Below, piece by piece: positions 56,551 to 64,000 of a stretch of 64,000 bases of DNA (within the stretch, counting starts at the first letter, position 1; each line of letters opens with the position of its first letter). The notes under the pieces were generated by a model. The model made no database searches. It worked only from the letters and a program-made list of their open reading frames with translations, and had not been told where the DNA came from. Both the position numbers and the translations under genes were made by a program. The stretch is taken from the NCBI GenBank assembly GCA_041615815.1, contig JBFJCP010000023.1:1-64000 (forward strand). Reading direction: 5' to 3'. The stretch comes from Gemmatimonadales bacterium. GTDB lineage: Bacteria > Gemmatimonadota > Gemmatimonadetes > Gemmatimonadales > GWC2-71-9.

Positions 56551-58402
56551 ACGCCTCCGGTTGTTTGCGCAAAACCACAAACATGAATACGGCAATCCCA
56601 ACGACGTCCGAAGCCACACCCGGCAAGATCAGCACGACCGCGGCGACTCCGAGGAGCATTCGCTCCCACAGTCCCAAGCTGCGGCGGGCAAAGCCAATGA
56701 CCGCTGCTGCCAGCGCCGTGACGCCTGCCATTGCGGTCAGGGTGGCGACCATGACGTCGATCGGGGATGCAATAAGGAGGAGTGCCGGACCATATACAAA
56801 CATAAAGGGAATGAGAAACCCCGCAGCTGCCAACCCCATAGCGGTGACTGCCGTGCGCATGGGAGTCGCGCCCGCGATGCCCGCCGCGGCGTACGCAGCG
56901 AGGGCAACGGGCGGCGTCACATTGGATAGGCATCCAAAGTAAAAGATGAACAAGTGGGCGGCGAGGAGTGGCACCCCGAGCTCCGTCAGCGCAGGCGCCC
57001 CGAGCGCTGCCAACACAATGTAGGCCGCCGTCGTGGGCAGCCCCATGCCGAGGATGATCGATCCCACTCCAGTGAGGATCAGTGCGACCGGGAGATAGCC
57101 ACCGGACAGGGTCACGATCAATTGGGAAAGCCTCAGACCGATTCCCGTGAGCGAGGCCACGCCCACGACGATCCCGGCCGCGGCACAAGCTGCTGCCACC
57201 TGGACCGTCCCGCGAGCTGCACCCACGACCATCGTGCGGGCGTCAGCCGTTGACAAGCGAGTTGCACTCCGCAAGAAGGTCGCTGCCACGGCGGTGATGA
57301 CACCCCAGAAGGCAGCCCGCATGGGTGAGCGGCCCAGCGCCAGAAGTACCACGATGATCACGAGCGGGCCCAGGAGATGCGCGCTCGATAGTACGGCGTC
57401 CCGATCACTTGGCGGCGTTGGGGGAAGCCCGACCTGCCGCGCTCGAAAGTGAATGGCCATGAATAATGCGGCGTAATAGAGTATTGCCGGGATCGCCGCC
57501 GCCGCCGCTACGCGGATGTATGGGATGTTGGTCCATGTGGCAAGGATAAAAGCGCCGGCGCCCATGATGGGTGGCATCAACTGTCCACCGGTACTCGATG
57601 CCGCTTCAATGGCCGCTGCGAAATGCGGTTTGAAGCCTACGCGGCGCATCACAGGGATGGTCAGACTACCGGTGGTCACCACGTTGGCAACCGCGCTCCC
57701 GGAGAGTGAACCCATGAGCGCACTTGCTACCGCAGCGGTTTTTGCCGGTCCGCCCGGGGTATTCCCGGCCACCCGCCCCGCCAGACCGATGAGCAGCCGC
57801 CCCCCTCCCGCAACGTCCAGGACCGCTCCGAAGAGCACGAACAAATACACGAAGTCCGCGGACACGCCGAGTGGTACCCCCCAGATTCCTTCGGTGCTGA
57901 GGTACAGGTGCTCAATGAGCCGCCGTGGCGCGTAGCCTCGGTGAGCCAGCATCCCCGGAAGCCAGGGTCCGGTCACCGCGTAGGCTAGGGCGAAGAGCGC
58001 GACGGCAACCAGTCCCCAACCGGTGGTACGGCGTGCCAGCTCGAGCACGATCACGATTGCCAAAGCGCCGGCTACCAGATCCACGACAGTTGCCGCTCCT
58101 GCCCGCCGTACGAGGGTCTCGTGCTGCAGCACCAGGTACGCGCACGTCAACAACGTCCCGACGATCAGCGCCGCGACTATCGCTCGTTCGACTCCTCGTC
58201 GCCATGACGACGCGGGCGGGCGCCCGATCGTCATGCGACTGCCAAGTCCCGTAAACGCGAGCACCCCCATCAGCGCGAGATGAACGGGACGCTGAATGAG
58301 GGCGGTGAATGGCGTGACGCCGGCCGCATATAAATGAAAGAACGCCGCACCAACGGCGATGGCGACCACAATGGGTCCCACCAGAGGCTTTCCCGCTTTC
58401 AC
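56540..58402 (-). CDS. TRAP transporter fused 4TM/12TM permease
   Basis: EGIWG, GGPAK, SGSAVANVVTTG, GGQLMPPIMGAGAF, LGMGLPTT, TPPVA. Confidence 0.95.
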   Translation of the reverse strand: MKAGKPLVGPIVVAIAVGAAFFHLYAAGVTPFTALIQRPVHLALMGVLAFTGLGSRMTIGRPPASSWRRGVERAIVAALIVGTLLTCAYLVLQHETLVRRAGAATVVDLVAGALAIVIVLELARRTTGWGLVAVALFALAYAVTGPWLPGMLAHRGYAPRRLIEHLYLSTEGIWGVPLGVSADFVYLFVLFGAVLDVAGGGRLLIGLAGRVAGNTPGGPAKTAAVASALMGSLSGSAVANVVTTGSLTIPVMRRVGFKPHFAAAIEAASSTGGQLMPPIMGAGAFILATWTNIPYIRVAAAAAIPAILYYAALFMAIHFRARQVGLPPTPPSDRDAVLSSAHLLGPLVIIVVLLALGRSPMRAAFWGVITAVAATFLRSATRLSTADARTMVVGAARGTVQVAAACAAAGIVVGVASLTGIGLRLSQLIVTLSGGYLPVALILTGVGSIILGMGLPTTAAYIVLAALGAPALTELGVPLLAAHLFIFYFGCLSNVTPPVALAAYAAAGIAGATPMRTAVTAMGLAAAGFLIPFMFVYGPALLLIASPIDVMVATLTAMAGVTALAAAVIGFARRSLGLWERMLLGVAAVVLILPGVASDVVGIAVFMFVVLRKQPEAYAT

Positions 58403-58417
58403 CGGCGCAGTTTGGTG

Positions 58418-58457
58418 GAGGGCGTCTTCACGCCGCGTGTGACGCGAAGACGCCCTC
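58418..58457. terminator. Hairpin between the M14 peptidase and TRAP genes
   Basis: GAGGGCGTCTTC-N16-GAAGACGCCCTC with 12-bp perfect arms; no U tract. Confidence 0.5.
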
Positions 58458-58463
58458 GTTCGG

Positions 58464-61304
58464 CTAGTTGGCGCCGCTCATGGCAGCGTCGCGCGCTGCC
58501 GGAGCAGCCCCGCCGAGATAGACCGCGTTGAAGAACAACTTGAAGGTGCCGTGGGGCTGGCCCCGCTGCAGGACTTCCGGACCCATGAGGTAGAGCTGCC
58601 CGCTCCCGACACGGGCCGCGGCAATCGCGGTTCCGCCTTCGAGGTATTGTTGGCCCCAGGCCCAGCCGCTCCTCAGGGGGGTATCCGAATCGAACCAGGC
58701 GACGGGCGTCACACCGTGCATTGCGGCTGACGGCATCAGGCGAAGCACGGGACTGTTGTTGAAGAACACATCCACATGTTCTGGCACGCCGTACGCGAGC
58801 GGATGTGTGTTGTCCACGCGCACCTGCAAGACCGATCCCGGAATGTAGTACTGGTCACGGGTAAGCGGTTTCTTGTTGTCCGCCGTCAGATGATTGGAAA
58901 CGGGTAGGCCCAAGTGATGAGCAATGCTGGTGGAACCGCCAATGGCAACGATGGTGCCACCGCCTTCGAGGAATCTCTTGAGCTGCGGCACCGTCTTCGC
59001 CGTTGTGACCCGCCCGAGCCTACTGCGATATTCGGCTGGGAGGCGCTCGGGATCTTCAGGTCCAAAGAACCGCGCGAACATATCTTCTCGATCAGTCATC
59101 GAAATCGCGCCGGTGGGGAATACCAAGACGTCGAATCGGTCGCGGAGATTCCCCTCGTCGAGAGTCGGTGGGAAAACCACCTCGTAGGGGAATTCGAACT
59201 GCTCGAACAGCCACCGGGTCCAGCCCGAGGGCATGGAGCCACCGTACTGATCCCATAGTGCGATGCGCACGGGACGCATCTCCAGCAATCCGGCTGAAGG
59301 CCTTGTGGTAATGCCATCCGCCCCGAGCCCGAGTCCGGTGGCGGCCTGACGCAAGATATCGACCGCACCTGTGCTGGCCGGCACGTAGATCGTGCCCTTG
59401 GGATACGTCTTACCGTTCGCTCTCAATGACTCCGTCAGCCAGAACACGTCATGGCCATTCTTCAGGAGCCGGTTCATAGCAATGAAAGCGTCGTTCGCTG
59501 CATGACTGATCAGAAAGCCAGTGGCGCCATTGGCACTCGCCAGCGCGGCCGGAGGCGGCGAAGCGAATCCATCGATCTTTTCGAAAGGGCCGTCGAAGCC
59601 GTCGAGCATGCGATCGAACTCGACGCCCATCAAGAAAGCTAGGGTCCAACCCGCGTTGTCGTACGGAGGAATCGGTGGTCCGCCCTCATACTCGAAGTCG
59701 TGAGGGTGCGCCTGAGGTTCGAACATGTCGATGACGTGTGGCCGGAAAGCCTGCGCGCTCTTCACGACGTAGGAGCCAGCCGGATACCGCTTGCCCGCAA
59801 CCTCGAAATCGCGGGTCGCCCGATGGATCGTAATACCGGTCTTGATCAGCGTGTTGACGAATTTCGTGGCCGTACCGAAGTCCCGCTGACTGGCGGGGAT
59901 GATATATCCTCGGGGGTCCCGATCCTCCGGCTGTCGCAGCATCGTGAAATGCTCTTTCGGAATACCGCGAAACCGGCGGAAGAATGCGGGCAGGTCGGGA
60001 TCACCGCCGTCGTCCTCGGCCGCGGCTGCCACTGCATCAATCTGTGCCGGCTCGATTGTCCAATGGTCGCGGCTGCCCCGCTCGATGGAGTTTTGTCCCA
60101 TCCGATAGATGTTGTAGAGCAATATCTCACGATAGCGAGATGCATAGTCGAGCACAGCTCGGTTAGCCGTGAGCGAGTACTCGATGGATTGTCGGAAATG
60201 CCATGGCTGTGGCTCGATGGGGAAGGGAAGATCGCCGCTTGGCAGCTGCCGCTCTGGCAGAAACGGAATCTCCATTGGCGTGGGATTACCAATGGTTTCC
60301 GTGAGTAGCGCGATTTGGTTGTGAAAGTACGCGGTCGTCCGAAGCCCACCGTTCCACCACGTTGAGTATCCCGCGCCATGTCGCATGGTGGTGCCGGGCT
60401 TTCCCTCCGCGATGAAACGATAGTGCATCGCGGCGCCCACCATGTCGGTTCCGGCCCAGACCAGTGGATCGAAATTGTAGTTGAAGGGATCGCGGAAGGG
60501 CGGCGCAAACATCACCGTTCCCGCCGGCCCGGTTTGGTGGTGGTTGTAGATGATCTGAGGAAACCACTCGCGGAACATGATCCGGGCCATGTTCTCAGTT
60601 TCTGGCTGTGTGACCATGAAAAAGTCACGGTTATTGTCGTGCCCGATGTACTTCTGATACAGTCGTGGTATTCCCCGCGTGGTGCGGTTCTCCGGAGCCG
60701 ACTCGCGCATGTACCAGCGCGAAACCAGCTCCATACCGTCTGGATTGGCGTGGACTGCGAGAATGATGACGTCGTTCAGGAAGCGTTGGGTCTCGGAATC
60801 ATTGCCACTCACGAGTTGATAGACGAGCTCCATGAGCTGATGCGCGCCAAGAACCTCCGTCGCGTGCAGGCCACCGTCGATCCAGACGACGGCCTTGCCC
60901 TCGGCGGCCAAACGACGTGCCTCTTCGTCGCTCAGTCCCTCGGCGAGGGCGAGCCGTTGGCTGATGCTCTTGTAGTGAGCGAGGTTGCGGTGGTTCTCCT
61001 GAGACGTGATGATCGCCATGTACTGCGGTCGTCCCTCCGCCGTAGTCCCCATCTCCTCTAGGACCATGCGGGGTGATTCTCGTTCCAGTGTCTTCCAGTA
61101 CGCCGTGAGTTGGGTGTAGGTGGCGAGGTGATAGTCGTCGCCGATGTTGAAACCGAGGGCCTCTTTGGGTGGGGTGATCTTCGCCGGGGCCGTGGTCGCC
61201 ACCTGCGCCGAGGCAGCGGTGGTCCACAGAAGGGCAACCATGGCTGCAGTGAGCCAGCGGCGGTGGGCGAAGGGAGACCGAGATCGCGGCATTGGAGTCA
61301 CCAC
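58464..61304 (-). CDS. Secreted M14 zinc carboxypeptidase-family protein
   Basis: Signal peptide, GLHATE (HxxE), NPDG, HDNNRD, NHHQ; GATase-like C-terminus. Confidence 0.9.
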   Translation of the reverse strand: MVTPMPRSRSPFAHRRWLTAAMVALLWTTAASAQVATTAPAKITPPKEALGFNIGDDYHLATYTQLTAYWKTLERESPRMVLEEMGTTAEGRPQYMAIITSQENHRNLAHYKSISQRLALAEGLSDEEARRLAAEGKAVVWIDGGLHATEVLGAHQLMELVYQLVSGNDSETQRFLNDVIILAVHANPDGMELVSRWYMRESAPENRTTRGIPRLYQKYIGHDNNRDFFMVTQPETENMARIMFREWFPQIIYNHHQTGPAGTVMFAPPFRDPFNYNFDPLVWAGTDMVGAAMHYRFIAEGKPGTTMRHGAGYSTWWNGGLRTTAYFHNQIALLTETIGNPTPMEIPFLPERQLPSGDLPFPIEPQPWHFRQSIEYSLTANRAVLDYASRYREILLYNIYRMGQNSIERGSRDHWTIEPAQIDAVAAAAEDDGGDPDLPAFFRRFRGIPKEHFTMLRQPEDRDPRGYIIPASQRDFGTATKFVNTLIKTGITIHRATRDFEVAGKRYPAGSYVVKSAQAFRPHVIDMFEPQAHPHDFEYEGGPPIPPYDNAGWTLAFLMGVEFDRMLDGFDGPFEKIDGFASPPPAALASANGATGFLISHAANDAFIAMNRLLKNGHDVFWLTESLRANGKTYPKGTIYVPASTGAVDILRQAATGLGLGADGITTRPSAGLLEMRPVRIALWDQYGGSMPSGWTRWLFEQFEFPYEVVFPPTLDEGNLRDRFDVLVFPTGAISMTDREDMFARFFGPEDPERLPAEYRSRLGRVTTAKTVPQLKRFLEGGGTIVAIGGSTSIAHHLGLPVSNHLTADNKKPLTRDQYYIPGSVLQVRVDNTHPLAYGVPEHVDVFFNNSPVLRLMPSAAMHGVTPVAWFDSDTPLRSGWAWGQQYLEGGTAIAAARVGSGQLYLMGPEVLQRGQPHGTFKLFFNAVYLGGAAPAARDAAMSGAN

Positions 61305-61399
61305 CTTTAGAGAGATTCTGGGGCGTTAGAACAGGCTGCCGTAGGGTTGGCTAAGTTGTAGAATAGCCGGTCGATGCGATGCGGCGCCAGGTTGAGGAT

Positions 61400-64000
61400 T
61401 TAACCCCAATCTTTGGATCCCGGAGCGTGACGCCGCAGTCGCTTGAGAAAAGAATATGGAGAGTGGGCAGGAGCAGCAGACGCGTCTGAAAGGCCCGGTG
61501 TCCGTCCGTCCGGCATTCCGCTGGTCCGTCGCACTCGCAACGCTCGCACTTCTTCCGCGATGATGTTGACCGTTCCGTCATCACGGGCGAGGGTTCCGGT
61601 GATCCACAAAAAAGGCTCTCCCCGAATTGCGATCCGATCACGCTCGAACACCTTTGGTCGGACGATAGCGTTGATCATCCCGGTCTCGTCTTCTATGAGA
61701 ATGAACGTGAAACCACGAGCGGTTTGTGGCCGCTGTCGAGCGACGACCAGCCCGGCCACTTCGACGGGACCCTCATGCTCGATCTCTTCGAGCCGGTCAC
61801 TGCGTATCACGTTTGCTGGCAGTGCATCCCGCAACAGTGAGAGGGGGTGTCCACTTGCTGCGAACCCGAGGACTTCGTATTCCGCCAAAAGCTGTTCGTC
61901 CTGGGTCAATGTGCCGAACGACAGGCCCTCGTGGGGATGGTTGAGCGGAAGCTCGAGCTGCCGTCGGACCCGTCGGCGGTCCGGTGGTTCCGTTTTGGGG
62001 GGGAGCCAGAGACCCGCCTGCCAGAGTAGCTCACGGCGAGTGAGGCCAAAGCCGTCGCATCCCCCCACCCAAACCAGGTTGTCGATGCAGTCGCGGGAGA
62101 GTCCTGCGGGAGCGCGGCGTACGAAATCACCCAGGCTACGAAACGGCCCACGGTGTTCCCGCTCCAGTACGACCTGCTCGGCCACGTCCAGTCCCCAATT
62201 CCGAATGAAACCAAGCCCCACACGAACGCATTGCTCTTCGATCGTGCAGTGGACATCACTTGCGTTGATGTCCGGCAGCTTGACCTGAACGTCGTGGCGC
62301 GCAGCGTCACGCCCTAAAGCGTCCAAGGAGTAAAAACCCATGGGCTGATTGTTGAAGAGCGCAGTGTAGTACTCGACGGTATGGTAGTGTCTGAGCCAAG
62401 CCGATTGGTAAGCGAGGAGACCGAACGCCGCCGCGTGAGATTTGGGGAACCCGAACTCCGAAAAGGCCACCACTTGTTCGAAGACACGGCGGGCCACGGC
62501 CTCAGACACGCCCCGGTTTGCCGCGCCGTCGCGAAAATCCTCCCAGAAATTCTCCATGAGTTCTCGCGATCGCCGCCGGCTCATGGCGCGCCGCAACGCC
62601 TCGGCCTGACCAGCGGTGAACCCGGCCAGTGCTTGGCACACTTGGAGCACTTGATCCTGATAAACGATGACCCCAAGTGTCTCGCTTAACGCTTCCCGCA
62701 GTAACGGATGAGCCACTGGTGGCTCGTAGAGATCGCCACGTTCCCGAGCGCGGCGCTGCTCCTCTCGACGTCGAACGTAGGGATTGACCGCACCGCCGAC
62801 GATGGGACCGGGTCTGACAATCGCGACTTCGATCGCAAGGTCTTCGAGGTTTCGTGGCCGTGTGCGCCGAATCATCTGGATCTGGGCGCGGCTCTCGATC
62901 TGGAACAATCCTACGGTGTCGCCGGAACAGATCTGATCGTAGACCGCCTCGTCGGTAAATTCGATCCGACTGAGGTTAGGTGTGGTCCCTTCCTTCCGTG
63001 CTATCAGTTCCGTGCACTCCTCTACTAATGAAAGCATGCCAAGGGCAAGGAAATCGATCTTGATGAATCGTGCATCGTCACACGAATCCTTGTCCCACTG
63101 ACAAAGGACGCGGTCCGGCATAGCCGAGCGCTCGAGTGGGACGATCTCCACAAGGGGGCGGCTGGAAATGATCATGCCTCCCACATGCTGCGAGATGTGC
63201 CGTGGAAGTCCTGCGATTTCCTCAGCGAGCTCGCAAAGCTCGCGCCATAGGGGAGCATCGACCCGATCGGCCATTCCCGGAAGCTGACGTAGCTCCTCTC
63301 GCAATCCGTTGGCCGAATAGTGGCTGGCCAGACGAGCCACCTGCTCGATCTCGCCTGGCGGCAAGTCGAGGGCCTTGCCAAGCTCGCGCACCGCGGAACG
63401 AAGCCGATACGTGGGAAATGTACAGACGAGGCCCACATGCTCCTCTCCATACCGCTGATACACCCGCCGCATGAGCTCCTCACGGATCTCACGGGAGAAG
63501 TCGAGATCGATGTCGGGAACGGAAGCCAGGGTTTCGTTGAGAAACCGACCGAGAAAGAGACGATTTTGGATGGGATCGATATGCGAAAGACCGAGGAGAT
63601 AACAGACAATGGACGAGACCGACGATCCACGCCCCCGTCCGGGAAGCATATTGCCGAGTGCTCGGCGGGTTCCGCGACGCACATCCGCAGCAACCGCACG
63701 AGCGAGATCGAAGAGATCGTGATAGACGAGGAAGAAGCCGCAGAGTCCATGATGGGCGATCAGACGTAGTTCCTCCTCGAGCCGATCCACGGCATCGCGA
63801 TGGTGTTGGGAATCTACCGGATAGTTTTCCTCCAACTTCGCACGACAGAGCTCACCCAACGCTTGCGGTGGAGTGCGGCCGTTGGCGCCACGAAAATCGG
63901 GAAAGGTGTATCCCAAATCCTTCGTGAGATCGAAGGCCGTACACCGTTCGGCGATCAGTACCGTGTTGGCGATCGCATCCGGACGGTCCCGAAAAGCGAT
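61400..64000 (-). CDS. dnaE2: Error-prone DNA polymerase III alpha (DnaE2), 5' part beyond the window
   Basis: GRGSS, PDIDLDF, PRHISQHVGG, QWDKD, KIDFLALGML, FQIESRAQ, GFPKSH, NNQPMGFY, RQRPQTARG; frame stays open to 64000. Confidence 0.92.
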   Translation of the reverse strand: MAFRDRPDAIANTVLIAERCTAFDLTKDLGYTFPDFRGANGRTPPQALGELCRAKLEENYPVDSQHHRDAVDRLEEELRLIAHHGLCGFFLVYHDLFDLARAVAADVRRGTRRALGNMLPGRGRGSSVSSIVCYLLGLSHIDPIQNRLFLGRFLNETLASVPDIDLDFSREIREELMRRVYQRYGEEHVGLVCTFPTYRLRSAVRELGKALDLPPGEIEQVARLASHYSANGLREELRQLPGMADRVDAPLWRELCELAEEIAGLPRHISQHVGGMIISSRPLVEIVPLERSAMPDRVLCQWDKDSCDDARFIKIDFLALGMLSLVEECTELIARKEGTTPNLSRIEFTDEAVYDQICSGDTVGLFQIESRAQIQMIRRTRPRNLEDLAIEVAIVRPGPIVGGAVNPYVRRREEQRRARERGDLYEPPVAHPLLREALSETLGVIVYQDQVLQVCQALAGFTAGQAEALRRAMSRRRSRELMENFWEDFRDGAANRGVSEAVARRVFEQVVAFSEFGFPKSHAAAFGLLAYQSAWLRHYHTVEYYTALFNNQPMGFYSLDALGRDAARHDVQVKLPDINASDVHCTIEEQCVRVGLGFIRNWGLDVAEQVVLEREHRGPFRSLGDFVRRAPAGLSRDCIDNLVWVGGCDGFGLTRRELLWQAGLWLPPKTEPPDRRRVRRQLELPLNHPHEGLSFGTLTQDEQLLAEYEVLGFAASGHPLSLLRDALPANVIRSDRLEEIEHEGPVEVAGLVVARQRPQTARGFTFILIEDETGMINAIVRPKVFERDRIAIRGEPFLWITGTLARDDGTVNIIAEEVRALRVRRTSGMPDGRTPGLSDASAAPAHSPYSFLKRLRRHAPGSKDWG

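Noticed and set aside
1..64000. Prophage, IS, defence island, rRNA or tRNA
   Set aside because: No integrase, transposase or phage genes, no obvious compositional island, and no cloverleaf or rRNA signature seen by eye; a tRNAscan/Infernal run would be the decisive check.

Overview
High-GC, densely coding bacterial chromosome segment. The gene content and conserved hypotheticals suggest Gemmatimonadota (inference). It is mostly core genome: the tail of a SUF operon (sufC-D-S-U-Rieske), an orphan ZAS anti-sigma, an ABC-2 exporter, mnmG, two parS sites with parA-parB-M23-bactofilin-Nif3, queG, a deoxyhypusine-synthase-like gene, fadI-fadJ-PRODH-rsgA-DUF1015, a fused 2-oxoacid dehydrogenase E1, a Ser/Thr kinase, lon, TetR/TrmB regulators, a permuted aconitase-family enzyme, OmpA, an MCP, pfkA, a DExH helicase, ispH, a TAXI-TRAP transporter, an M14 peptidase and a dnaE2 cut by the window edge. 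I saw no rRNA, tRNA, CRISPR or mobile element. Best second-look items: (1) a CxxU Rdx/SelW-like selenoprotein with a SECIS-like hairpin that the ORF track misses (45807-46037); (2) a DExH helicase whose motif-Ia-like segment lies before Walker A; (3) a GlpD homolog with its substrate-binding residues replaced; (4) an M28 homolog lacking most Zn ligands; (5) three candidate sigma54 promoters and a PAS-Fis protein with no AAA+ domain. All calls come from motif reading, not database searches. Start codons are my best estimates.
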